Source: Pseudovirgaria hyperparasitica
Lineage: Eukaryota
Reading direction: 5' to 3' (one strand)
Length of the DNA: 64,000 nucleotides
Assembly (NCBI GenBank): GCA_010093815.1
Contig: ML996575.1
Shown: piece by piece, positions 1 through 11,123 of the stretch
How the letters are laid out: every line of letters begins with the position of its first letter
Position numbering within the stretch: position 1 is the stretch's first letter
Position numbers and translations under genes: made by a program
The notes under the pieces: model-generated
Told to the model about the DNA's origin: nothing
The model's database searches: none
What the model saw: only the letters and a program-made list of their open reading frames with translations

Positions 1-1742
1 AAGTCCAGACTGCTGTCAGACTCGGGTGATGTAGACTTGTTGTTGTTGCCTGAGAATTCAATCTCGAGAAACCTCTCCCATTCCTTTTGATGCTCTGAGT
101 GACACTCGCATACTTCATTCTCATTGTTCAGAAGGTCGTCCGCTCGAGGGAATTCCTGTTTGACCAAGAACCTTTCCAGCAGATCTTGCAAATTCTGACA
201 ATCCTGATGCTCAGGAGGCACTAGTTCAACTCCGTCACTCTGGAGTTTAAGTTGTCCCCACTTTGGTTCGCTGTACCCATAAAGGAAAAGAATGAAGGTA
301 TCCGTAATATATATTGGACTGATCCCGCCTGGGACGTGATCATTCTTTTGGAGACCAAACCTTTTCCCGAACTCTTTGTAAGTAAGCCAAAGACAACGAT
401 TTCCATGTATGTCCACCGCCGCATTGATCATGCGGTCTTCTGGAACAACTGGGGATGACGGGCGGTATCTCATACTGAGGGTAGCCGAGCTAGGTTCAGC
501 CGGAGAGCCTTCAAGGAGAGGAGTCCTTACTCCCTCGTACCAACGTTCATCGAAATGAGGCGCCTCGATTATGTGCTCGTGCCTTGACTCCTTGTAATGG
601 TTTTCAAGCATGCTCACAGACGAATTACCCACAGAAATCCACCAAGCCCTGATGTCTTTCCGTAGTTCTGCGCGATTTTCCGGTTTCCCGAGGAAGTTCG
701 ATAGACGGGGATCACGTCCTGATCGAGAATCTTTCGGACGACTGACGGACCTTGTACTGCTCCCGACCTTCTCTTTCAAATAATGTGCCAACGACAAATA
801 GACCCATCGCTTCTCGCCGACGAGAGCTAGGACTTGCCTGGTTGTGTACATAATTGACGGCTTTTCTTCGATGTCCTCTTGGACCTCCTGATATCCAAGT
901 AAGGCCTTCATAGCCTCATATGAGAATGTAAGTCTGCGTTGATCATTTCGACGATCAGGCAGCCAATAAGTGATCGACTCGATGTCCGCTTTATCAGAAT
1001 TTATCTTAGATTCGAAATTCCGCGTGAAGACAAATCTACTCTCCGCATGGTATAGGGAGTTTAACAGTCCATCATCTGTCCTTCCACCGAGCCCCCGGTC
1101 GCGGATGATGAAGCGTAATGCATCTTTGCTACTCTTGTTATCTTCGATGGAGACGAGAGCTTGCTGAGGCGTATTCAGGTCCGGACGTCGAAGACTAGTC
1201 GTAAGCCAGGCTATATGTTGGAATGCGTGGAGAGCTTCACTAGGCTTTGCTTTGAATTTGAACGACTGAGACGATCTTATGACTCCACCCTCTTCAAGTT
1301 CAGTGGTCATTATGTCCATCTTGATACTACTCTGTGGCGCAGTTACTGGTCTCTTGGGACATCCAACTGCATGCCTGAGTCGATCTTCGATAGCAATAAC
1401 AGCGTTGAGACCCTTGACTTTGGTAGTAGGCCAGACTGCCTCAAAGTATTCGTTGATAGTGGAGGCGCGGGATGTCGCATGATCGCTAACCACGCAGAGG
1501 AAGGAGCCTACATCCACCATCTTGTACTTGTCATCATCACTGGTTCTATCACTGATAGATGCATTGATGGACGCTTTTAACTCGTCGAAACCGAATTGTG
1601 CAGTGATTTCTACGTCGCATTCAAGATCGTTAGCGGGATTGGGCATCACACTCAATGCCAACTTAAAGACTTCCTCAATTTTCGCCTTGGGATTGATGTC
1701 ATAACTCTCACCAAATTCTGTAGTAGCTAGAGCCTGAGACAT
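1..1742 (-). CDS. Hypothetical protein, >=580 aa, runs off the left edge of the window
   Basis: Manual translation from ATG at 1742 (MSQALATTEFGESYDINPK...) stays open for 580 codons down to position 1, with an in-frame stop just upstream. It is missing from the ORF track because no stop codon lies inside the window. Confidence 0.8.
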   Translation of the reverse strand, partial: MSQALATTEFGESYDINPKAKIEEVFKLALSVMPNPANDLECDVEITAQFGFDELKASINASISDRTSDDDKYKMVDVGSFLCVVSDHATSRASTINEYFEAVWPTTKVKGLNAVIAIEDRLRHAVGCPKRPVTAPQSSIKMDIMTTELEEGGVIRSSQSFKFKAKPSEALHAFQHIAWLTTSLRRPDLNTPQQALVSIEDNKSSKDALRFIIRDRGLGGRTDDGLLNSLYHAESRFVFTRNFESKINSDKADIESITYWLPDRRNDQRRLTFSYEAMKALLGYQEVQEDIEEKPSIMYTTRQVLALVGEKRWVYLSLAHYLKEKVGSSTRSVSRPKDSRSGRDPRLSNFLGKPENRAELRKDIRAWWISVGNSSVSMLENHYKESRHEHIIEAPHFDERWYEGVRTPLLEGSPAEPSSATLSMRYRPSSPVVPEDRMINAAVDIHGNRCLWLTYKEFGKRFGLQKNDHVPGGISPIYITDTFILFLYGYSEPKWGQLKLQSDGVELVPPEHQDCQNLQDLLERFLVKQEFPRADDLLNNENEVCECHSEHQKEWERFLEIEFSGNNNKSTSPESDSSLD

Positions 1743-3373
1743 TTCTTTGAAGACATCGATCGGGTGATGGGCAAAGAATATTCAGTGGGGAGTGTCTATA
1801 GAGTGAAGAGTGTGTATAGCAGTAAGTACGCAAGACATGGACGCTTAAAGTAGCTCAACAATGTAAGTTGGGAGTGAGGCTAAACTGCGTCTTTGTTTAA
1901 CATTGCGCGCTCGAAACAATACAAGGAACTGGTAGCTTTCACAAAGAGCCGGTCGAACGCTACAGGAAACAAGGCAATGAACGCCAGAGTGGGCCTTTGT
2001 TTCGAAATCAAGATTTCCCAAGAGGTTCATCAGGCCTTGCAAGAGTATTGTAACGCAAGACAGGAATACCGATACATTCAGTAAGCAGGTAATACAGGCG
2101 CTACATTTCTTGAATCTTCCCCACTGCTTTAATTTCCACGACTGTTATGCTCTTCGTTCCCATGAAGAATGCCAAATCCACGGTACTGGCGGTCAACGAT
2201 GCTACCGAAAACTCCGTTGCTGAAAACCTGTAAGCACGTACTACAGTACTTATTAACTTCGCTACGACCATGCTCTGAAGAGCCATTGCTCCGGTGTTTG
2301 TAACTTCTTGAGCGCCTCAAGCAAGCAAGAACGCGTGAGCGACTATAAATCAGTTAGCCGGACAAAGGTAGCCATACCGATGTAACTTTCAATCCTGGAC
2401 CAGACCGTGTGAGGACCCAGAGTTGCTGCCCGGAACTCCGATCCAATGACCAAACCGTACGGCACATGAGACCTAATCCAAGGAACGTTACTAGAGTCAG
2501 CCTTAGGCATTGTCAGAAGAGTCAGGTGTGTAGCACACAGCACTCGAGAGATTAATATCGCTGGCAAATAGTATTCGACAGCGGACGAGAACGCAATAAC
2601 AAGAAATCCAAGTATCGGGAGTCCTAGGTCAGAGAGAGTAGTGTACATACATTAACCAATGACCGACAAGCCTTGTGTAAGTCAGAACCATCAACAGATG
2701 CAGTATATGACAAGAATTATACTCCCAGATACAAAGAAGACGTACAACATTGCGCTACAGGCTTGTTCAGAAGTATACGGAGCGGTGCTAACGCCGTAAT
2801 TAGTGTAGATTAAACGACGAGGCATAGAGTACAATAGATATGATGGCGAGGGCGACAAGGAAGTCCACGACTCTAGGTGCAGACCGTGAGGAGTAGCGCC
2901 TAGTTATTGAAGTGCCAATATGAGAGGCACTATCGAAGAAACGAAGAAGGGACAAAAAAGTTATCACGCTAGGATTTCATTAGGATAGAGAATTTTTTTT
3001 GCGATGGTGATTCGAGGAGGATCTAACGCTTATGAGCTTTAGACATGACTCAGCACACACTTGAAATGCTTTGACTGACTGTATACTTTTATAGGTCGAG
3101 GTTTGTGACTTTAGGGAAGAATCATAAATGCGGAGGGATTTGTCCCTCGGTCGCAGAGTTGTAAGCTCCGAACCAGGAGCCCCTGTGGAGAGGTGGGAGC
3201 CTATCAAGGCTAAGAACTTGAGCTTAGCGTGCTGGATCATACACCCCTGCGTGCACTATAATGCCTATCAACTCGGACATTAGACATCCCCGAGGCGGAC
3301 TCGCATGGTGATTCTTTTGTCGACATCCCGAATGTTCTTCTCTTTGTGTACAATTTTCTCTAAATTCAACAGT

Positions 3374-5732
3374 ATGCTTTCTCCAGAAGATACGCACAGC
3401 TCATTCTCATCGCCCTCTGCGTCATCAGCTCGACCATCACCGAAACGCCAGCGGGTCCTTGCCTGCGTGCTTTGCCAGCAAAGAAAGGTCAAATGTGATC
3501 GCATTTTCCCCTGTAGCAACTGTTCGAAGGCAGGGGTACAGTGTGTTCCATCTTCACTCACACGACCTCAGCGTAAACGGAGATTTCCCGAGCGCGAGCT
3601 ATTGGACCGATTACGACACTACGAAAACTTGCTTCGTCGTAATGGTATATCATTCGAGCCTATACATCCAGGTGGAGGCTCTAGCTGTCTAGAGACAGAT
3701 CAGGGCTGTAGGAACGTTCCTGCCCCGTCTAATCCAACATCTGGCTCGGGCAGAGAGGGTTTAAATGGGGAGCTGGAGTCACTTTCTCGGTCTCAGAAAG
3801 ACCCAGAGGTGAAGTACAATCCAAGGTACCAATAGCTGAAGTCGCGGATACCTCAATAAAGTTGACATTATACAGGAGTATGTGGCAGCTAATGGGGTCC
3901 AAGGTAACGTCGCAATTGCACCGAGCTTAAAATTGCTGACAACCTGACTTCAGAGCCAAGACGAAGGAGACACGGATGAACTAAAACCCGATTGCGAATT
4001 AACATCCATCACGGTCGGAGAGAAGGCAGTAAGATCAGTATGGGATCAACTCTATAAGGGGAACGATAACCTACTGTTCGCTCTTCCCGACCTGGGCATG
4101 GAACTATACGAACTTCATCCAGATCAAGTGCAAATCTTTAGGCTCTGGCAGATTTACCTTGACAACGTCTGTCCTCTTCTTCGAGTCACACATACTTCAT
4201 CTCTTCAGGTTCGAATTATCGATGCAGTTGAAGACCTGAACAAGATTGATGCCAATTTGGAGGCATTGATGTTCAGTATATATGCCGTTGCGACCATGAC
4301 CCTTACTGAGGCTGAGTGTCGTACTTCATTCGGCGAGCCGAAGAAAGAACTCCTTGCAACATATCATCGTGGTCTACAGCAGGCACTCCGAAATAGTGAT
4401 TTCCTTCAATCAAAGGACCGAGACTGTTTGACCGCTATACTGTTATATCTTGTAAGTCTGTACAACACAAACTTGATGAAAATGCTCAAAGTAGCTTGGT
4501 AGATATCAATCAGATCTTATGCACATCCAAGATCAGTATCAACTATGCTTGGCATCGCGATGCGTATGGCGCAGCGTATGGGAATACACAACGAGGCCCA
4601 AAACTCGAAACAGCCTGCTATGGAGGCTGAGATGCGTAGAAGGCTCTGGTGGGCACTAGTGATATTCGATTCCAGGATTTCTGATCTTGCGGATGCGAAA
4701 ACCACCTTGTTGATCCCAACGTGGGACTGCAGACTACCCCTGAACGCCAATGACTCTGATCTGCGTCCGGAGATGAAAAATGCTCCAGTTGCCCATATGC
4801 TACCCACTGAGGCGCTTTTCATCGTCGTCCGCTGCAAGATAAGTGACTATCTTCGGCATAGCCCTGAATACCTGGAGTTTGTGGATCCAGTGTTGAAGAG
4901 AATAGCCGAGGACCTACGCAACGGACCTTCACAAGTCCACCGGACTTTGGAGAGCTTGGAGAGGGAAATCGAGGAACAGTATCTTAGATACTGTAATCCA
5001 GAAAATCCTCTACATTTCGTGACGATCTGGATGAGCAGATGCTTGCTCGCAAAGAGCCGTCTGCTAGAGATATATTTGCTTGGAAACACAGGAGATTCGC
5101 TCCATCATATGGTACATTCTGATCGCGATGCCATCCTTACTCAAGCCTTAAGAATGCTTGAGTGCGACACGAAGCTTGCAGCTTCACCACTGATCAAAGG
5201 CTACACATGGCTTCTCCACCTCCACTTCCAAGCTCCTGCCTACATCATCACAATGCAGGATCTGGCACGACGGCCGACAGGAGAACACGCAGATCGAGCC
5301 TGGGCGATCATGAACGACAACTACGCCGCTCGTTTCAGCGGCTCTGAAGATAATGAGAACATGTTTTCAAAATTATTCGCTAATATCATCCTACACGCGT
5401 GGCATTTGCGGACAGCGAAACAGAGTAAATCATCTCACACAGAGATTCCGCCATCCATTGTGATGCATCTGAAGGAAAAGATGTCGCGCAGTAGCCAAGG
5501 TGGATACGAAGAATCTAGGATGAACTCTACCGGCAAACTATTGAATGGCACGAATGATCTGGCTGCATGCACCTGGGAGGGAAGACAATTGAGTACGGAA
5601 ACCGAACATCTGCAGAATTTTGATTTGGAGAATCTTGGTAACTTCCACACCGAGCCTTCAGTGGGGCTCAATTTTGACCAATTGGACTGGATGTCAATGG
5701 ATTGGAACGTGATGCATGGCAGTACATGGTAA
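3374..5732 (+). CDS. Zn(II)2Cys6 transcription factor with fungal-specific TF (MHR) domain; 4 exons (3374-3825, 3876-3903, 3954-4451, 4503-5732)
   Basis: Binuclear cluster [28 protein letters not shown]. Fungal_trans motifs [19 protein letters not shown] and [11 protein letters not shown]...[12 protein letters not shown] introns join the ORFs. Confidence 0.93.
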
Positions 5733-6290
5733 ATTCCCTGCCTCGAATCTTCTTTTGCAGTCTCTGCAGCTGAAGTCGTTTTCGTACGATTCCAAATGTG
5801 ATTTTTTCAGCTCTATGATTGATAGATACGCCTACAATTTGTACAACCTCAACAACAGGAGTGAACCGGGGTGGTTATTACTCTGCTTTTGGCCCCATAT
5901 CTAGTTTCGGTCCTCCCGCGTTGTCGTAAAGCTACCAGCAGATAAACGGAAGCCGCCAATTCGCTTTAGTTACCCAGACAGCTATAAAGCAAACATGTCA
6001 TCCAACAGTTCAACAAATCCGCTCGAACCGCTAGCCAACGGGACGCGAGAATCAACTTTCTGACAAACAGACTTGTGGGTCATGGCCAAGAATCACCATT
6101 GGTAAATTCTGTAATCATAAAAAAGAGACCAACCCTGTTCTCAAGCTTGAGAGCACCTGGGGCCAGAACATTATATTACTTTCTAGACTCGCCGCCTTTC
6201 AAAGCTAGCAACCTCACTCACCTTTGTTTAGGATGCTTCTCATGCTAGAAATATCCTCTGACATGGTTTGAAAACGACACTGACCTAACA

Positions 6291-7193
6291 ATGGCTACTG
6301 AAGCAGATTTCGAACGCATTGGCAACTACGCACGCATGTACAACAAAGACCAAGGCATCGATCGCCATTTATGCACGCGTACAACAGAGATGAAAGTGCT
6401 CGTACTGAGCATTAGTCGCACGGGAACATTGAGCATGCAATCAGCTCTTTCAACACTAGGGCTTGCCAACCCCTACCACCTCTCGTCCATGTATGACAAC
6501 ATCGGCGACACCACAATGTGGCTCGAAGCCTTCGACGCCCAGTTTCGCGGCATCGGAACCTTTGAGCGCGAGCAATGGGACGCACTGCTTGGCCACTGCG
6601 GCGCCGTCACAGACATGCCGGCCAACATCTTCGGACCCGAACTCGCGGCTGCTTATCCGGACGCCAAGATCATTCTCACAGAGCGCGATGTCGATAAATG
6701 AGCAGCGAGCATCGATCAGCTATTCACGTCGAGTCTGGGTCCGTTTTTCAAATTGATGGGCTGGCTGGACTATGAGCACGCGGGGCGCATTACGAAGGTT
6801 GGGTTGTCGTGCTATAGGTTTCAATTCGGTGCAGAGGATCTTGAGGGGTTAAGGAATGTTGCGCGAAGATCGTATGTTGAGCATTATGCGCTTATCCGCG
6901 CATTAATTCCCAAGGAACGAATTCTGGAGTATAAGTCAGGCAGTGGATGGGAACCTTTGTGCGAGTTTCTGGGCGATGAGGTGCCGAAGAAGCCTTTCCC
7001 GCATTTGAATGAATCTAAAAGTATTGAGCAAGCGGTCGAAACTCATGGCTCTCTCGCACTTGTCAGGGGAGCGAAAAACATCTTCTTCTGGAGCACGATC
7101 GCAGTGACACCGTTGGCAGGAATATGGTGGCTAAGATGGACAGGGATAATTGGGGACGTCAGGAGAGTAGTGCAGTGTTGGAAGTTGTCATGA
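6291..7193 (+). pseudogene. P-loop sulfotransferase-like protein (Sulfotransfer_4 type) with a C-terminal TM helix, interrupted by one in-frame TGA at 6699-6701
   Basis: Motifs MKVLVLSISRTGTLSM, AVTDMPA...ELAAAYPDAKIILTERDVDK* and GSGWEPLCEFLG...PFPHLNE. The two ORFs share a frame, and the stop sits where the family has Trp (R-D-x-x-x-W). Confidence 0.8.
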
Positions 7194-7647
7194 GAAGGCT
7201 TCTCTGTACGGAAGATTGGGATATATCAAGAGGGGTACCTGTACTCGATAGCGCACTGCAACGTTTGATGTGACTGCCTGGTGACGATATACCGCAAGGA
7301 AGTGAGTTTGATCAGATCCCGGGGATTGGGTAGAACTGCGGGTAAACTCCAGGAAATCGCTGCCGGTGGGGCGCCGAATTCTGCACCATTGCGACTGAAC
7401 AGCCATTCTGCTGCAGATTATGCCATCGTCATCAGATCCTAGGCAAACATTCATGTATCGTCTCAACACATAGACGCAAATGTCTCACATACTGAGCAAA
7501 GTTGTGACTCTCTGTGTCGATCTTTGTTGCTGTCGGGATCGGTAGTGTGGACTCCATCTCATCCTCGCGAAGTGAAGTGAATATCGCTTGTCAGTACCGT
7601 GTTGGCTTCAGCTAACTAAAACTAATTAGCCAAATCGAACAAACAAA

Positions 7648-8424
7648 TTGACGCTGCATTTATTAGCCACTTTAGTATTTAGCGTATCGTTCAGTCACGC
7701 CATGGTAGAGCTCCCATCCATCAAGTCCGTCTTTGACACCGATGGCCTTCAAAAGAATAAAGAGGGTTGGTTCTGCATACCAGGCCATACCAATTACATT
7801 TTCCAAAAGGACCTTGTGAAGTGGGACGAGATCGTGAGACACAACGACTTGCGCCAACGACTTGAGAGGCGCCACGAAGATGTAAGCCAATCAATATTCT
7901 GTCGCTACATGATCAAATCACCGCGAGGCGACTGCGAACTACCAAACTTTGAGATATATTGTTCCACAAGCCTAGTCAACGCCCTTATAATTGTAAAACA
8001 ATGTAAGAACCTAGACGAGGACGGCAACGGCTTCGCAAATAAGATCCATATGTCTCGAATCATCCACGACGCTATACACGATGCGAATGCAAATTTAGAC
8101 AAGCCATGGTCTGTGGTGTGCGTCGCTTTCGAACGTGTGGAAAACCTGGAATTCCGCCGTGTCATCAAGAACGAACCCGCTGTCATAGTCCCAGGAGGCG
8201 ATTGCTCGATCCTGGACGTCCAGACGTTGACGGATCAGGGGCGGGCATTTGTTGCTAGAATCATGGATGAGACTCTGGCCAAACCGATATCACGTGCGCT
8301 CAAAGATTACGCACATGAGCATGAATGGAAGAATGACGTGGTCGAGTCACTGGAGCTAAATCCAAATACGTGGTCGAATGTACGCGGTTGGGAGGCCTTT
8401 CTGGTGGTTAATTTGTCCTCCTAA
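7648..8424 (+). CDS. Orphan ~240-258 aa protein, possibly secreted; true start uncertain
   Basis: 777-nt open frame. Hydrophobic N-terminus LTLHLLATLVFSVSFSHA begins at a TTG; first ATG at 7702. Several Cys; no family recognised. Confidence 0.55.
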   Translation: MTLHLLATLVFSVSFSHAMVELPSIKSVFDTDGLQKNKEGWFCIPGHTNYIFQKDLVKWDEIVRHNDLRQRLERRHEDVSQSIFCRYMIKSPRGDCELPNFEIYCSTSLVNALIIVKQCKNLDEDGNGFANKIHMSRIIHDAIHDANANLDKPWSVVCVAFERVENLEFRRVIKNEPAVIVPGGDCSILDVQTLTDQGRAFVARIMDETLAKPISRALKDYAHEHEWKNDVVESLELNPNTWSNVRGWEAFLVVNLSS

Positions 8425-9876
8425 TCGGCATGCATTCAAAAACAGTCACCACATCGCATGGAAACACTATAGAAGCACATTTGAACGTCCGCTCATTCGA
8501 ATGTTCAATCATGGAAGGAAGACGCGCTGATCTGCATTTTGCAGACGTGAACAGCAGTGTAAAGTCCGCCGAACTCGAATGGAGGCTGCTTGGTGTCACT
8601 GCTGCTGTTCTCATATGTGCCTTCCTCGGGCGCAAACATTGACTCGGCAGTGAGTATATCTTGTAAGAGCGATTGATATATCGGGGGTACTGGGCAAGAT
8701 CATAGATGAAGCATTCACAGGTGTCTGTCTGTGGCCGGGGTCGAGGCTCTTTCAACATTTCCGACTGATGATCAAATCGATTGATGATAAGTAGAAACAA
8801 GGAGGCGAGCTCTAGTACATGCTTCACAGAAGGTTATGGGCCCTTCAAGCCGTAATATCTCGTGAAAATGGCGAACTCGATGAAAATTATTCGTGCTTCT
8901 TTCGATCCATTCATGATATGCTCCTGGAATTCTCCTTTTACGAAAATGGCTATGTAGTTTCTTGTTCGTAGGATTCCACAAACACCACACAAACGCGTCG
9001 ATCATATACGCTGGTACTTAGTCATGGTGAGTGAACGTTCATGTCCTTCGGCCAAGGCCTTTCTGTCGACCTGGTAAGGTGAGGGTCGAAGGTATTACTT
9101 TTGGTATGTAAGGAGCTTAGGTATGGAGAAAGAAGGATTACATGCGAATGAAGGTTGAATGTTATTTCGTTCGCAGATGGATGTCTATATCGAGATAATC
9201 GCCTTGCTTCACTATTCTGACAGTCTTCCATTATTTCTAATATCAGAATATCCAGCCGATAAACGACAGGTGGCCTCATTCCGATGATTTCAATGGGTCC
9301 TGGGGCCAATTCTGACACATCCTCGCTGCAGAATGTCGTTATGCAAATAGCATGGCGTACTCAATATGATGTCAGAGGAATCGAGTTCTCGCTCTCGCTT
9401 CTTCGGACGAGTTGCACCTGTCTGTAACACAATTTGATACACGAAAAGCTACATAACGTTATGGTCTGAGAGACCATCAACAGCATGCTTCGTTATACTC
9501 GACGATGATAGGCTTCGACGACCCCAGGAGCAGAAAACAAGCAATATGTATACACGTCAAAGCCCCGTGCTAGCCGTACATCTCCGCCGTCGGAGACTTT
9601 GTTTCTGGTTAGTGACATTTCTGCTTATCAAGCTCCGCATGATGAGAACATTATAAATCTACTTCTGCACACCCAGGTACTTACCTAGGTACGTAGCATC
9701 CGGATGAAACACTACCCCGCCCCCGCATCAAAACATCAGAAGGCATAGCCGCCGATTCACGACGCCATTGTACAACCCTCTTTCATACAAGACCAATAGT
9801 TCCTCCTATATACCAAAAAAGTAAATACACACACTATATTACAACGATCCAGACATACCCTTTAACACCGCCAACA

Positions 9877-10947
9877 ATGTCTACCAATCCAACAGAACAC
9901 TCCGTCTCCTATGCGCCCGACAAACACATCTCCTACCTCGACTCGGGCCCCCGGGACGGCCCCTTAATCATCTTTTCCCACGGCTGGCCGGGCTGCGCCG
10001 AAGTATGGTCGATGCAAGCCAGCCACTTCAACCGTCTCGGTTTGCGTACCATCAGCGTCGACCAGCCAGGCTACGGCAACTCGAGCACTGGCGGCGCCCT
10101 TTCAGACTACCGCCTCGAAACCCTCGTATCAGCGCTGCACGCCGTCTATAAGGCCTCAGGCGCCGTGGCACCCGCACTGTGGATCGGCCACGACTGGGGC
10201 GCGACCATCGTGTGGAGCGTCGCGGCGCATCACCCGGACATCTGCGCCGGCGTCGCGTGTGTCGCCGTCCCGTACATGACGCTGGAGCTTGGGCTGCAGG
10301 GCTTGCGCGAGACGATTAATCGTGACCTGTACCCCGCGGATGAGCATCCCAATGGCCCGTGGGACTACCAGGCGTACTACGAGACCAACTTCGAGGACGC
10401 GACGCGGGGTTACGAGGCTGATGTCGCGGCGTTTACGAAGGCCGTGCATGTCAAGGGTAATCCGGAGGCTTTGGGGAAACCAGCGCCCACGGCGGGAGTT
10501 TCGAAGGAAGGGGGTCGGTTTGGCCCGGGGGCAATCCTGCCGGCTGAGGATGCGATTCCGATGAAAATGACTGTGTTTGATGGGAAGGAGTGGATATGGG
10601 ATTTGTTGAGGGCTAAGATGCTGAAGACAGGCTATCGGTGGGGAAATGCGTATTATATGAATCATGGCGTGAATCGGGCGTATACGCTGGAGAAGAGCGT
10701 TAATGGTGGCGTATTGGAGATGCCGACGTTGTTTATCAACGCCAAGTGGGATTCGGTGTGTAGTTCTGATGCGAGCCCGAAGTTACCGGTCAAGATGAGG
10801 GAGTTCTGTAAGGGTTTGACGGAGGTTGATGTTGATGCGGGGCATCATGCGCAGTTGGAAAGATATGAGGACGTGAACAGGGCGATTGAGGGATGGCTTA
10901 GGGGCAAGCTGTCTGGGTGGTATGATGGAACGGGAGTTAAGCTGTAG
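9877..10947 (+). CDS. Soluble epoxide hydrolase (alpha/beta hydrolase fold), intronless
   Basis: HGWP oxyanion motif, DQPGYGNS, GHDWGA nucleophile motif, cap Tyr in WDYQAYY, C-terminal DAGHHAQLE His motif. Confidence 0.9.
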   Translation: MSTNPTEHSVSYAPDKHISYLDSGPRDGPLIIFSHGWPGCAEVWSMQASHFNRLGLRTISVDQPGYGNSSTGGALSDYRLETLVSALHAVYKASGAVAPALWIGHDWGATIVWSVAAHHPDICAGVACVAVPYMTLELGLQGLRETINRDLYPADEHPNGPWDYQAYYETNFEDATRGYEADVAAFTKAVHVKGNPEALGKPAPTAGVSKEGGRFGPGAILPAEDAIPMKMTVFDGKEWIWDLLRAKMLKTGYRWGNAYYMNHGVNRAYTLEKSVNGGVLEMPTLFINAKWDSVCSSDASPKLPVKMREFCKGLTEVDVDAGHHAQLERYEDVNRAIEGWLRGKLSGWYDGTGVKL

Positions 10948-11123
10948 ATGGATTCTTCTTGAAGGGACTGAGGTCGAAGGAAGTTTTGTCATTATAGATT
11001 GGTTTCAAGAAGACTTACCGGATTAAAAGATGCCGGTGCCCATAGTCTATATAGGGATCTCGATGACCATCAAGTAAGATAACTTGGTTCGAGTATACAG
11101 GCTTGAAATCTGTTGTCTTTCTC

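Noticed and set aside
1..3000. Initial impression of a retrotransposon remnant
   Set aside because: No RT, integrase, gag or transposase motifs, LTRs or TIRs. Positions 1-1742 are an intact ORF.
8600..9350. Possible BTB/POZ pseudogene on the minus strand (ITFNLHSHVILLSPYLSSL)
   Set aside because: Only one short motif in broken frames; too weak without a search.
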